From Octopus bimaculoides (taxonomy: Eukaryota): 37,020 bases of DNA. Positions 25,046 through 37,020 of this stretch are shown here, in pieces. The DNA is taken from the NCBI RefSeq assembly GCF_001194135.2, contig NC_068990.1:34818524-34855543 (forward strand), in the 5' to 3' direction. A program made the position numbers and the translations under genes. The notes beneath the pieces are model-generated. The model was not told where the DNA came from and did no database searches. It was given only the letters and a program-made list of their open reading frames with translations. Each line of letters opens with the position of its first letter. The first letter of the stretch is position 1.

Positions 25046-25690
25046 ATATTACCGTTTCACTTCTCAGAGCTCTCGGTTTCACTTGCTCTAGCGAATGCTG
25101 TAAGTTTTTATAGGATCTCGCAAGTTCTTTTTCCACGATATTTAACATCTAAGTACCAAAATCAAAATCCTCGCTGTCCCAGTAAAGCAGTTTTCTATGC
25201 ATGTTCTACTCTGATGCCAATCTCAATTTCTGCAAGAAATTTCTCAACCATGGTCATTAATGTTCCTAGTGCCCCTACAACCATTGAGATAACTGTTACG
25301 TTCTTCATTGCTCACATTCGTACAATCTCTGCTTTTCTTAGCGTGTACTTCTCAATCTCTTTTCAGTTCTTTATGTTGCACTTCAACATCCGCAGGTTTG
25401 GCAATATCTATGATCTAGGTTTCCCTTGTCGTTTTATCAACTATAACAATGTTTGCTACCCGAGTATCAATCATTGACTAACAATGGATCTTAAATTCAT
25501 TATTCTCGGTGATACCTTCTGGTTTGTGCTCGTACTAACTCAATGTCCTTTCAAGATAGTACAATCTCTAATAAACAAACTTAACTATGTTATCATGTCT
25601 CTTTCTCGTTTTATTTCTCATGTGCCAGCGTCCTTATCTACAAATGGAACAGATCATGTTCTCAGTGCTTGAGACTGTTTCGAGACAAAT
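25046..25690 (-). mobile_element. Second, more decayed R4/Dong-like LINE 3' portion
   Basis: RHDNIVKFVY, YEHKPEGITENNEFKI, IVIVDK...IIDIAKPAD (PD..D REL motif remnant), EKY, VVGALG, KTALLG, with premature stops. Confidence 0.85.
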
Positions 25691-26494
25691 CGTGTTATAA
25701 AAACCTGCCTAGACACATCTATTAGTAGTTCTACACACAAAGACACACAGTCACATACAGACACACAGACACACACAAACACACAGACACAGACACGCAC
25801 ACCCAAACACACATACACACAGACACATACAGACACGCACATTCACACACACATATATGCATCTATAGATGGTGTTGTGTTTTGCAATTTTCTCATGAAC
25901 CATTCACACATTTTGTAATCAATCAAGGTTTATATGGCTCAATATGTATGAAGTCTAAATATTTTTGATGTGTGTTATATTTGTGTAAGTGAATCTGTTC
26001 TTGTATGATAATATAGCTTGATCTAGTAACTTATTCAGGTAATCTTTACGAACTAACGCTTGCTGCGTTCATAAGATTTCCTTATTTAAAGCTTCTTTAG
26101 TAGAAAAATATTTTAAAATGCATCTAAGATGGGATTTGTCTTTAGATATGCTGTATGATGACGTTCAAAATTGTCCTCCATATACAGATATCTGTGTCTT
26201 TTTTTGCAACCTCACTCACCGTATGTGTTGTCGTTAATTACAATATTCTATATTTTGCAATGGCGTGGTGATGTTCTTTGAATTCAAGCTAGAGTCTCTT
26301 AAATTGTTAATTTGAGGATACAATTATGTATTCAAGACTTCCTGTAAATCTGTTAACTTGCTCTTGCTTGTCTGTCACATTGGTTGACAAAAGCATACTT
26401 GCTGCAGATAATGTGATTTTGTAAAGGTATAATTTCCTTTTCTGTTTCAGCCCTGTACAACGCCACGAATTTTGACCCTAATTAACTCCACCTC

Positions 26495-26618
26495 CTCTCT
26501 CTGCCACCTCTCTCTGCCACCTCTCTCTGCCACCTCTCTCTCCCTCTCTCCTCCCTGTCTCTCCCTCTCTCCTCCCTGTCTCTCCCTCTCTCCTCCCTGT
26601 CTCTCCCTCTCTCCTCCC
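26495..26618. repeat. Pyrimidine-rich minisatellite: 13-bp unit x3, then 21-bp unit x~4
   Basis: CTCTCTCTGCCAC at 26495, 26508 and 26521; CTCTCCCTCTCTCCTCCCTGT at 26538, 26559, 26580 and 26601 (partial, runs into gap). Confidence 0.95.
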
Positions 26619-26929
26619 NNNNNNNNNNNNNNNNNNNNNNNNNNNNNNNNNNNNNNNNNNNNNNNNNNNNNNNNNNNNNNNNNNNNNNNNNNNNNNNNNN
26701 NNNNNNNNNNNNNNNNNNNNNNNNNNNNNNNNNNNNNNNNNNNNNNNNNNNNNNNNNNNNNNNNNNNNNNNNNNNNNNNNNNNNNNNNNNNNNNNNNNNN
26801 NNNNNNNNNNNNNNNNNNNNNNNNNNNNNNNNNNNNNNNNNNNNNNNNNNNNNNNNNNNNNNNNNNNNNNNNNNNNNNNNNNNNNNNNNNNNNNNNNNNN
26901 NNNNNNNNNNNNNNNNNNCCACCACCACA

Positions 26930-27064
26930 ACCAGATATCTTCTCCACAGACACACAAACAAACAAGCAAACAAACAAACAAACAAACAAACAAACAAACA
27001 AACACGCACACACAAACGAGACTGAAAACAATACATCCGCCTTTGCTAAGGCGGAGGTAATAAA
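26930..27064 (-). mobile_element. Helentron-associated / DINE-1-like non-autonomous element end
   Basis: Minus strand TTATTACCTCCGCCTTAGCAAAGGCGGATGTATTGTTTTCAG...(TTTG)n...CTGTGGAGAAGATATCT: perfect 8-bp stem TCCGCCTT/AAGGCGGA (27036-27055) followed by a tetranucleotide microsatellite. Confidence 0.65.
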
Positions 27065-27299
27065 GTCTTAAAGGAGATACCTTAAATGAGTCAACAGTAT
27101 TGATTTAAATCATTTCTTTCCCTCAAGTAATAAACAAATTTTAATTCATTTAGATTAATCTTGCTTACGACAATGAGAATATCACCACCGAGATGAGTAG
27201 AATGTACAGTTATAGCCGACAATAAGTCAGTATTTTATAAACGTTGAATACAATCTCCTAATAGTGTTTTTACATATTTGTATATGTTATATATTCTTT

Positions 27300-27692
27300 T
27301 ATTCTTTTACTTGTTTCATTCGTTTGACTGCGGCCATGCTGGAATGCTACCTTTAGTCGAGCATATCGACCCCAGGACTTATTCTTTGTAAGCCTGGTAC
27401 TTATTTTATCTCTTTCTTTTGCCGAACCATCTATTTACGGGGACGTAAACACACCTGCATCGGTTGTGAGGCGATGTTGGGTGACTTACACACGCATACA
27501 AACATATACACACACATATATATGTACGACGTAGTGCTTTAACTTTCTATCTACCAAATCCACTGACAAAACTTTGGTCGGCCCGAGGCTATAGTAGAAG
27601 ACACTTGCCCAAGGTGCCACGCAGTGGGACTGAACCCAAAACCATGTAGTTGGTAAGCAAGCTACGTACCACACAGACACTCCTGCACCTAT
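27300..27692 (-). mobile_element. CORE-type tRNA SINE with short internal CA/TA microsatellite
   Basis: Minus-strand head AGGTGCAGGAGTGTCTGTGTGGTACGTAGCTTGC...GGGTTCAGTCCCAC...GGCACCTTGGGCAAGTGTCTT (CORE-like); tail at 27300-27480. Confidence 0.88.
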
Positions 27693-28261
27693 AGATAGTT
27701 CTCTAGAATCACGCCGGACGCGGAGGAGTAGAGAAAATAGAAACTCAGTGAAGGAGAAGTAGTGAGAATAATGGCCCTGACTGAGAGGGAGTGAGAGAAA
27801 GTAATAGCAATGAGTGAAGGGAAGGGGTGACAGATGAATAGGGAAGGGGTGAAAGAATAATCAGTGTTTCAACTTTGTGTGAGTGTACAAGGGAAGTACG
27901 TGAATGTTTATGTGTGGTTATTATGTATCTTATATATATATATATTACACACTGAATTGTGGCAAGGTATGGACGGATTCCGAAGTACTGAGAAAATTAT
28001 GTATAAATATATCAAATTAAGAATTCTACGAGGTATGGTACAATGCAAAATACCAAACGGAACCTCACCTCTTATATCTCATCTTTCTTCCTCCTTTAAC
28101 GCCTATGTGATATAATTCTTTGGAGAGAATACATACATTTGCGGCTGAAGATAGCTTTATATTGTCAATTATACACTGATGTAACAATTATAAAACTATA
28201 AAGCTTGAAACACGTGTACCGCAGAATCCTTTGTGTTTTTGTTTTTATTTTTGCATTTACA

Positions 28262-28295
<34 letters not shown>

Positions 28296-28779
28296 CTACA
28301 ATTAGCCGTCATTATTGACGGCACGTGGTCTGCTAGTGTATGTATATATATACATTAAACATGTAATGAAGAGTACAACATCGAATGTGTTGAGTAAAAT
28401 CTAAGCATTGACAGCGGAATGTAAAATACAATATTGCAGATGTGCAAAATAAAAATGTAAAGAAATTAGCTATGAAAGAATGGAATGAGATAAAAAGAAA
28501 GGAAGAAAGAAGGAATAAAAGAAAGAAAGGAAAAAAAGGAAAAATAGGAAGTCTTCAGGACTTTGTTAAACAGTAATATCAATTTGATTTTTCTTGGTTT
28601 CTGTGGCAGAGAAAGCACATCGTTGGTGAGAAAACTCACATCTGTTTGTATACAGTCGAAATCGGAGAAAGGTGATCTAAGTGTTTGATGACAAATATTG
28701 CCCTATCCTATATCGTTTGCTCCTGTGCTTTGATGACGAAACATCAGTTTTTCTCTCTGTTTATCCACCCCGAAACATG

Positions 28780-28940
28780 GACACTACAACCACCACCACC
28801 ACTACTAGCACCATCATCATCACCGTCATTAAAGCCGTCATCACCACCACCACCATCACCGCCGCCACTAAAATCACTACCACTAGCAGCAGCAGCAGCA
28901 ACACCAGCACCACTACTAATCCCCACCACACCACCACAAC
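28780..28940. repeat. Degenerate (ACC)/(AGC) trinucleotide tract
   Basis: Period-3 low complexity; gives T-, P- or H-rich pseudo-ORFs depending on frame. Confidence 0.85.
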
Positions 28941-29044
28941 TCTCTTCTGCAACCTGCTGCAATATTTTCTCTGATATTCATTCTGGTTCTTTCTCTCATC
29001 TCTGTTCCGTTTGGGCTGATTTCTTTTTTTTTTTTTATTTGTTA

Positions 29045-29290
29045 TGGTGTGGCACTGTGTTGTTTGATTTGGTTTGATGTGGCAGTAGTGTAGTTTGGGC
29101 GTGGTGGAGCGTGGTGCTGTGTGCGATTGGTGCGGTATGGTTGGTTGTGGGATGTTGTTTGGTTTACTTTGCTTTGCTTTGCTGTATGGTGTGGTGTAGT
29201 ATGGAGCAATGTGGTTTGGAATGGCGTACTGTCGTGTATGTTAGTATGTTGCAATGTGTGAAGGGATATGTTGAAGTAGTGAGATGCTGT
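29045..29290. repeat. Cryptic degenerate pentanucleotide repeat (GGTGT/TTTGG/TTTGC-like)
   Basis: TG recurs with 5-bp spacing: ggtgt ggcac tgtgt tgttt gattt ggttt gatgt ggcag tagtg... Confidence 0.7.
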
Positions 29291-31568
29291 GTGGTTGCGA
29301 CTGAGAACAGTCGCACTTGTAAACAAGTCTCTCAGCACGAAACCGTTGCTATAATAATGCAGCAGGGAGGACTGGAACGGTTGTAAGAGGCGAAGTAATT
29401 ATAGATGGAATTTACTGTTTCCAATGAAACGAAGTGAGGAAAATAGTGATTAAGAACCGAAACAAGTGAAAGGAGAAAACCAATAACAAGTCTAAAATGA
29501 AATGCAATATAAAGAAATAAAACTGAGTGATTAGTCGTGAGTGCAATGTGAAGGGCAGGGGAGTGAAACATGGGATTTGTTTGCCATGTTCAAGAAATTT
29601 ATATTGCCGAAAATCTTCGAAATTTGATCCAAAAGCCAAGTTAAAATTCCCAGGACGTGTTGTTAAACTGCGGTTGTGGCAGAGGTACTGGCGATTCCGG
29701 TGTTGGTCATACGTCATCTTTTGGAGAGGAAGAGGGTGTCGTGATAGCTTTTGTTGTGATGTAGATGTCGCTACTGGCAATGCTGTTCATGTTAGTAATG
29801 CAAGCATTCGCCATTGAAACGGTATTGATATGTTAAGATAAGACGGAATGAATGGCTAATCTGCCTTATAGGTCTTTTATATTTTATTGAAGATTTTAGC
29901 CTGTTTAACATTTCCGTTAGGCTGCTTTATTCTAAATGAGAATGACATGTGCACAGGCCTTATAGATAATTGGAACTATTTCATGTAGGTTCTTACACTT
30001 TAATATAAGGAAAAGCAGCACTAAGCAATGGTAAATTAGTTCAGATTGTTATGGAAATAATTATAAGATCACAAAGCGATACGGGCTTTCAGTAGCAAGC
30101 GAAGCTCTGGACTCGGCTTCGAACTTTCGTTGGAAGTATTCCACTTTGCATAATTCTTAATACATATATTATTTTCTATCGAATTTTCTAAACAATAAGT
30201 GTTTGCAACGAGCTAATAAATGATTCAGTATATAACAACCAAAGAGGAAGTTCACAAGCGAAGTTCACGCAATTTGAGCAAAGCAAAATCTACGAGGTAT
30301 ACTCGTTAGAAAGCATTGATTTACGAGGCTTTCACTGATATTCATATTATCTTCCGGAGATAAACGCCAACAACAAACGCGCGCGCGTACACACATATTA
30401 TTGGGTATATCAGATCAGATCAAATCAGAAAACGTGTGCTATTTGTAACGCAGTAATACGTGTTTTGTCACCATCTGATGCGTTGAGGATAAGTGAACAT
30501 TTCTGACAAACCATAAAAGTAATACTTGCCTATAAAGGTTGGTGAATTTACGTGTCTGACCTACAGTTAGATCAAAGCTCCATCGAAGATTTCGATCATA
30601 TTGCTGGCTCCTTTGGCAACAGCTGGTTCCAGTTGCTTTTCTTGCACGTATTGCATGCTTTCCCTCTGAGCCAAGAGACCAGATAATGGGAGCTTTCAAT
30701 AAGTGCTGGGACCAACCAAAATGACTGAAATTATTCCCGGAGACGTTCACTCTTTGTCAGAGGCATTTACATAGTTATTTCGGTTTGTATTTTAAAGAAA
30801 CCTAATAACAAATTATACTATACTTGAACAGCTTAGATAACTATTTAGTCCTTGTTGTGTGACACTAGATGTATACGTTGTGGATCGGTGTTATCCACAA
30901 CGTATAGGACTGTGTTTATAATATGCCGCTATGCCTTTTAACAATTACATACACGCAGGGAGACGAGTATAGAAAATAATCTTATAAAAGGCACTTACGC
31001 ATTCAAACTCACTGAGAAATACACATGCGCACATATATAAATATGCATGTTTGTATATACATATACACAAATGAATATCCATGCTCATACACACAGATTT
31101 ACCAGTCTCCTCATCTATAGTTTAAATTATTTCGTCTGACTTCATCATTGTTTGAAAGATATTAAAGTCCCTTGGTTAATTTCTTTTCCGTTTCAAGTAA
31201 CAGAAATATTTTTGTTTCCCAAGCTCTGTACTCAAACTGACTTTCACAGCGTCCGTTAACACACGCTCACACAGACGCGCGCGTGCGAACGCACCCACAC
31301 ACACACACAAATGTGCATACACACACATACACACACACACACATGCAAACAGACACAAATACAAAAATTACATATACCGGCACCGAAAAATAAATGAACG
31401 TTTATACAGATAGTAGTACACATATATATGCAAGAAACTACTTTTAATGAGTCGAGGAAAGATCCATTATTACATTGCTTTACCTGATAAAAATAGTAGC
31501 CAGATGTCCCGTAAAACACAGGCTCATGCATTCTGTATGATTGTGTGTATGAATCAATAATGAAACTT

Positions 31569-31800
31569 GAGGCGCGAAGCTTGGTGGTTAGGATGTTGGT
31601 TTCATGAACGTATGATTGTGGTTTCAATTCCTGTACCGGGCGATGCATTAAGTTCTTGAGCAAAATTTCAGTTCGTATTAATACAGTCCACTCAGGTGAC
31701 AAAAAATGAGTATTCCTGCAACAGACGAGCGTCCCATCCAGTGGGCAATATTAGTCACAGAAATCGGGAAACCAGCATAATGCGTCTGTATGACTCGTGA
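31569..31800 (+). mobile_element. tRNA-derived SINE (GGAGGCGCGTGGCTTAGTGG-type), diverged
   Basis: A-box-like ggcgcgaagcttggtgg, B-box-like gtttcaattcc, CORE-like ttcttgagcaaaa...cagtccactcag. Confidence 0.7.
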
Positions 31801-31854
31801 AGGCGCTCATCCTTTCGTTATTTGTTAATCAATGTGGGAGGTTTCTACATTGAC

Positions 31855-32515
31855 TGGTTGTGACGTTAAGAATTGCGCTTCAGGTTGACCAGTAATATAT
31901 TAGAAGAGACTTGAACGTTCCCTACCCGCATTTTATACATACATCTGATATCAACATAAGAAACTAACGCTATTCGATTGGATAACCAGAAATATTGATT
32001 TCTTATTCTTTCGTTTTTTTTTTTTTGGAATCAATGAGAAAGATTGTAGCTAAAATTATAAAGGAAAATAACAACCAATTCTCCCACAAATTATTACATA
32101 CTATAGTAGAATTTCATTTTGTTTATGGCGAACAATTTAGCTGTAGTTATAATGTTTCCATTATTGACTGGGTGGTCACTGTTAAACTGTCTTCCATCGT
32201 AGGCTTGTTTGTCTGAGCTTGATTCTTTTATGTGTTATCTTTTATTTGTTTCTGTCATTAGACTGCATCTGTACTGGGGCACCATCTGGAATAATTTTTA
32301 TACGAATGGAATAAAAATAATTGCTTCTTTTTAAATTATTGTTACGGCTGCAGGTATGGTTGTGGCGTTAAGAATTCTACTTCCCACGACAGGTCAGTAA
32401 ATACCAGTAATATATTAGAAACCACTTGAATCTCACCTACCTGCATCATATACATCTTATATCAACTTAAGAAACTAATGCTATTTAATTGGATTACCAG
32501 AAATATTGATTTCTT
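31855..32515. repeat. Diverged direct repeat pair (31855-32004 and 32357-32515)
   Basis: Shared blocks accagtaatatattagaa, atatcaac.taagaaactaa.gctatt and accagaaatattgatttctt; roughly 75-80% identity by eye. Confidence 0.9.
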
Positions 32516-33236
32516 GACTAATAGCGTGGAAGCAATAGTTCGAACACTACTGGGGAGAAACGTTGTAGAATGATAAGAAATAGAGGTGGAAAAAGGCGTT
32601 TCGAACCACGCTTGAAACCTATCCTACAAGCTAACTATGTGAAAGTTACCCCATTAATACTCTTGGGATATTCATGAATGTAGCGCCATTTTCCTTTCTG
32701 ATAAAAACAGACTCCTGTTGTGTGCAATCAAACAGAAACCAATATATTTGTTAAGTAATTTCTCTCCACGTTCAGCGTTAACACATTTCTGAAACACAGT
32801 CGGGTTACAACATATCATTTCCTTTTCCACCAAAAATATATACAACATTCTGCGCCGTTTTAAAGTACATGAAAATCAATAATTTATATTGAGCAGATAG
32901 AGTGAAACATTCCCTTCAAAGATAATATCACGCCTTCATAAATACGTCGTTCTGCATAATATTTCCGAGTCGTTTTGACAACTTCAATTGTTTTATCAGA
33001 TATTCATGCTTGACCGCTGTGTGCGTCGTCCTTATCATCTTCACTTCACCTCCTATTTCGAAAACGTGCTCTACTATAGCTTTCATGCTAACCATGTAAA
33101 ACTATCGGAGTTATTTTGTCCCTTTTATATTGCAGAACTTGCTGCCTGTAGTTTTATTTCCTGCATTAAAATAGCAAGAGGAATATAACAATTTTATGTT
33201 GTTATATATCAATATTTCCATACAAAAATTATTAAC

Positions 33237-33239
<3 letters not shown>

Positions 33240-33285
<46 letters not shown>

Positions 33286-34160
33286 CAACACACACGTCTG
33301 TGCGTGTGTGTGTATAATATATATGTATATAAATATAAACATATATCTATATATCGACAGACATATATGAATGTGAATTGGTGTGCATGTGGATACAGAC
33401 AGAGATAAGCTTAGTGCACACACACACACACACACACATACACACACACTCACACACACATACACACACACACACAATCACTCACTCACACTCACACACG
33501 TACATATATGAAGACACACACATACACATACAAACTATGATCTTTTAATCTTTTATTCTTTCCCTGTTACTAATCAGTTGGCTGTACTCATGCTGAGATA
33601 CAACAATAAATAATGTGTGTGTCTATATATATAAATATGTGTGTGTGTGTATGTATATGTTTGTTGGTGCGTGTATGCGTGCTTGCGTATGTGTGTGTAC
33701 ACTAAACTTATCTTCGTCTGTATCCACAGACACACACATAAATTCACATACATATATGTGTATAGATATACATATATATATTTATATATATATATACATA
33801 TATATATATACATACATACATACATACATACATATANNNNNNNNNNNNNNNNNNNNNNNNNNNNNNNNNNNNNNNNNNNNNNNNNNNNNNNNNNNNNNNN
33901 NNNNNNNNNNNNNNNNNNNNNNNNNNNNNNNNNNNNNNNNNNNNNNNNNNNNNNNNNNNNNNNNNNNNNNNNNNNNNNNNNNNNNNNNNNNNNNNNNNNN
34001 NNNNNNNNNNNNNNNNNNNNNNNNNNNNNNNNNNNNNNNNNNNNNNNNNNNNNNNNNNNNNNNNNNNNNNNNNNNNNNNNNNNNNNNNNNNNNNNNNNNN
34101 NNNNNNNNNNNNNNNNNNNNNNNNNNNNNNNNNNNNNNNNNNNNNNNNNNNNNNNNNNNN

Positions 34161-34200
<40 letters not shown>

Positions 34201-34260
34201 ATATATATGTTTTTGCATGTGCTTGTGCGTATGTGTGTCTGAATGATAGATAGTGAGTGT
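33240..34260. repeat. Mixed (CA)n/(TG)n/(TA)n tracts with gap 33837-34160
   Basis: Seen directly. Confidence 0.9.
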
Positions 34261-34662
34261 ATGAGAGTGTGTGTGTTTGTGTCTATTTTCTGAGGTTATA
34301 TATTGAACCGAAAAGAAGGTGATCGTGAAATATCAGTTTAGCGATTGAAGTAGATTACAACTTTTATATTAAGTTTAGTTTAATACTTAAAACGTCAAAG
34401 ATTTCACTGCAGAAGTGTCACAAAAATTTGACAAGTTAAGAAATAAAACAAAAAATCAGTATCACAGTTTTTGAGTTCTTAATGGCTAAAAGGAATTTTC
34501 TATGATCTACGATATAAGTACTGCGTACGCATGTGCATAAATACATACACACACACACACACACACGCGCACACACACACACACACACATACACACATAC
34601 ACGCACACACACACAAGCATGTATAACTAATGCATACAAATACACACATATATATATGTACT

Positions 34663-34966
34663 GCACTCCGTCGGTTACGAGGGCGAGGGTTCCAGTTGAT
34701 CCGATCAACGGAACAGCCTGCTCGTGAAATTAACGTGTAAGTGGCTGAGCACTTCACAGACACGTGTACTCTTATTCAGCGTGACACAGTGTGTAATAAG
34801 GCTGGCCCTTTGAAATACAGGTACAACAGGAACAAGAGGAACAGATAAGAGTCTCGTGGAGCTTTAGGTACTTTCGTTCAATAAGCACTCACAACACCCG
34901 ATATGAGAATCGAAACCGCGATCCTACGACCGCGAATCCACTGCCCTAACCACAGAGTCATTGTAC
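34663..34966 (-). mobile_element. Second copy of the 12923-13311 SINE with two internal deletions
   Basis: Near-identical ggttccagttgatccgatcaacggaacagcctgctcgtgaaattaacgtg; lacks about 20 bp (ccttaacgtagttctcgggga) and about 55 bp (gtgagagaaagttg...gccgaag). Confidence 0.92.
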
Positions 34967-36333
34967 GCGCGCGCATACACACACACACATATATGTATGT
35001 TTGTAGGTATGTATGTATGTTTTAATGTATTAATATATATGTATGCATTAATGTGTGAATCAAAGTTAAAATGGCCTGGGCAGTTGTAGTCATTTTATAC
35101 GATGTCGCAACTCGTCCTCCTTTATGTACACCTTACATAAATATACGAATATAAAACTTAATAAGGTAACACACCTGCTCAAAATAAAAATATTTTCAAC
35201 ATGACCCATCCACATATATAATAATTTTCATTTTTTTTATTTTACTATCAAATACTTCTCTATATAGGTATCTGCAGTGTGATTCCTCCCAATTCTTAGT
35301 GATCGTATTTTACAATCAATAAATATTTTTCTTGTTATTCTTGGTAAGCTTTTTAAAAAGAACTGGATAAAAAATGAAATCATGGAAAACATAGACAGGA
35401 TTGTGTTTTATTATTTTCAAAATTTGATATTATAATTTATGATGATCGCGTCATAGAAAGAAACTAAATTACACAGGCAAGAGAAATAGGATGTTGGCCT
35501 CTAGATTATTTCCTTTTCATCTCTAATAATCTTTTCTCGTTCGATAATAATATGCAAAGATTGATGAGTTTAGACAGATTTAGGTTAGGAAAAGAATTAA
35601 TGGCACGTAAAGCAAATAATTCTATTAACCCTCTAAGAGACGATATACAGACGATGGCTTCTCACGCAACAAAAACAAAGTTGAATAGGAAGCGATATCC
35701 GATTTTCGTGTCTCTATTTAGCTTCAGCTAAAGCCTAGAATTGTTTCAATATTACATTCGTATTTCTTGTAACTGGTGCGCACACCACGCTCGTTGTTAA
35801 AACGTTTGATTCTTAAACCAAAGAGCCTGTCTGAAATACCGAAAATTATGTGTATATGTCACAACCAATATTTCTATTATTGTAAGATTGACTAGCATAT
35901 TTACTATACTTCCTTTTAACTTATTAAGTTTAAAGATTACAGAAAAAATGATCTGAAACAGTTATTTAATAATTGTAGATGTCTTATTTGATTTTCTTCG
36001 AAAACTTACATCGTGTATAAAATAAAAAATAAAAAGAGAAAGAAAAACATGATTAAACATATAAACATTACTGTTTTTATAAAATTTTAAAATGATGGCA
36101 CATTATATCAATAAAAAATAAGCTATATTCTGTGCAGTAAAACTTCAACGTAGAAACATTGCTTTATCAGATTTTTTTGGAAAAAATATTACATCTATAG
36201 AAAATAAAACATGGTAAAGTAATAAAATTTAAATAGATAAATCAACATAATTTTATTGAATAATTCTAAAAATATTTCAATGACAATGTTAAGATTATAA
36301 ATTTAGGAGTTATACACCATACAAAAATAGGCA

Positions 36334-36376
<43 letters not shown>

Positions 36377-36392
36377 GTGTAAGTGTTTGTGA

Positions 36393-36439
<47 letters not shown>

Positions 36440-36584
36440 CGTGTGTGGGTGTGTGTGTGTGTGTGTATGTATGCATGTATATATACGAATGTATGTGTGT
36501 GTCTCTGTCAGTCTGTGTGTATGTATGGGTGTACGAATGTATATACATTTTGCTTTTTCTATCTTCTACTGTTTCTGCTTTATA

Positions 36585-36680
36585 TTTTATCTTTTGTAGT
36601 CACTAGACAGCAGCCATGTTGGGACACAGTCCTGGAGAATTTTTAGCAGAATGAATTCACCCCAATACTTATTTTTTTTT
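36585..36680 (-). mobile_element. SINE 3' tail fragment
   Basis: gtcactagacagcagccatgttgggacac...gaatgaattcacccaatacttatttt; same tail type as 27300-27400. Confidence 0.6.
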
Positions 36681-36699
36681 CACTTAAACACCCCTCCAC

Positions 36700-36714
36700 A
36701 TAATAATAATAATA

Positions 36715-36784
<70 letters not shown>
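36700..36784. repeat. (AAT)n microsatellite
   Basis: About 28 units. Confidence 0.98.
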
Positions 36785-36785
<1 letters not shown>

Positions 36786-37020
36786 GATTCTATGTGGTGA
36801 AAAGATTAGAAAAAGACAACACTCCCACAAAAAGCCTTCTTGGCAAGAACGCATTCAACACCAAATTAAGCTGCTTAGATCTGACATAGAATGTTTGAAA
36901 AACCTTAAATTTGACAAGAGTATCAAACCTACAAAGACCCAAAAACTAAAGAAAAAATATAACATGAAAACCATAGTTGACATTGATGCCACCATAGAAA
37001 CCATCAAGCAAAAGGTATGT
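36781..37020 (+). mobile_element. R4/Dong-like LINE ORF (pre-RT region), open to window end
   Basis: 80 stop-free codons ITILCGEKIRKRQHSHKKPSWQERIQHQIKLLRSDIECLKNL...KLKKKYNM...IETIKQKV, resembling the PPWxxRLxxxIxxLRxD...L.KKY...IE.LKQ segment of R4-clade ORFs. Confidence 0.75.

Noticed and set aside
24292-33188. Further plus-strand exon candidates (24292-24334, 26451 on, 28609-28671, about 33137 on) as continuations of the LU-like gene
   Set aside because: No phase-consistent chain gives a complete cysteine pattern; they stop early or are open in several frames.
35625-35632. TTAA|CCCT, a piggyBac-like terminus
   Set aside because: No matching AGGG|TTAA end or transposase sequence seen in the window.

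Overview
Eukaryotic, AT-rich, microsatellite-dense draft genomic DNA with 10 N-gaps (about 2.9 kb), almost all inside simple repeats. The SINE families resemble, from memory, those of Octopus, so the source is probably an octopod cephalopod (inference). No intact named gene is recognisable, and most ORFs in the supplied track are microsatellite or N-gap artefacts. Well supported: several tRNA-derived SINE copies from about four families, four remnants of an R4/Dong-like REL-endonuclease LINE, a mariner relic, a Tc1 (DD34E) relic, a Helitron-type 3' end, a Helentron/DINE-1-like end and many tandem repeats. Weakly supported: a plus-strand spliced gene starting an Ly6/uPAR (three-finger)-like domain (about 21.5-22.5 kb) behind a CCAAT+TATA module, a minus-strand terminal exon (6128-6402), and a minus-strand exon reading xTCYI-UGA-SYC with UGA at a cysteine position. 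I found no convincing new biological system; these gene leads are hypotheses needing RNA-seq or homology tests.
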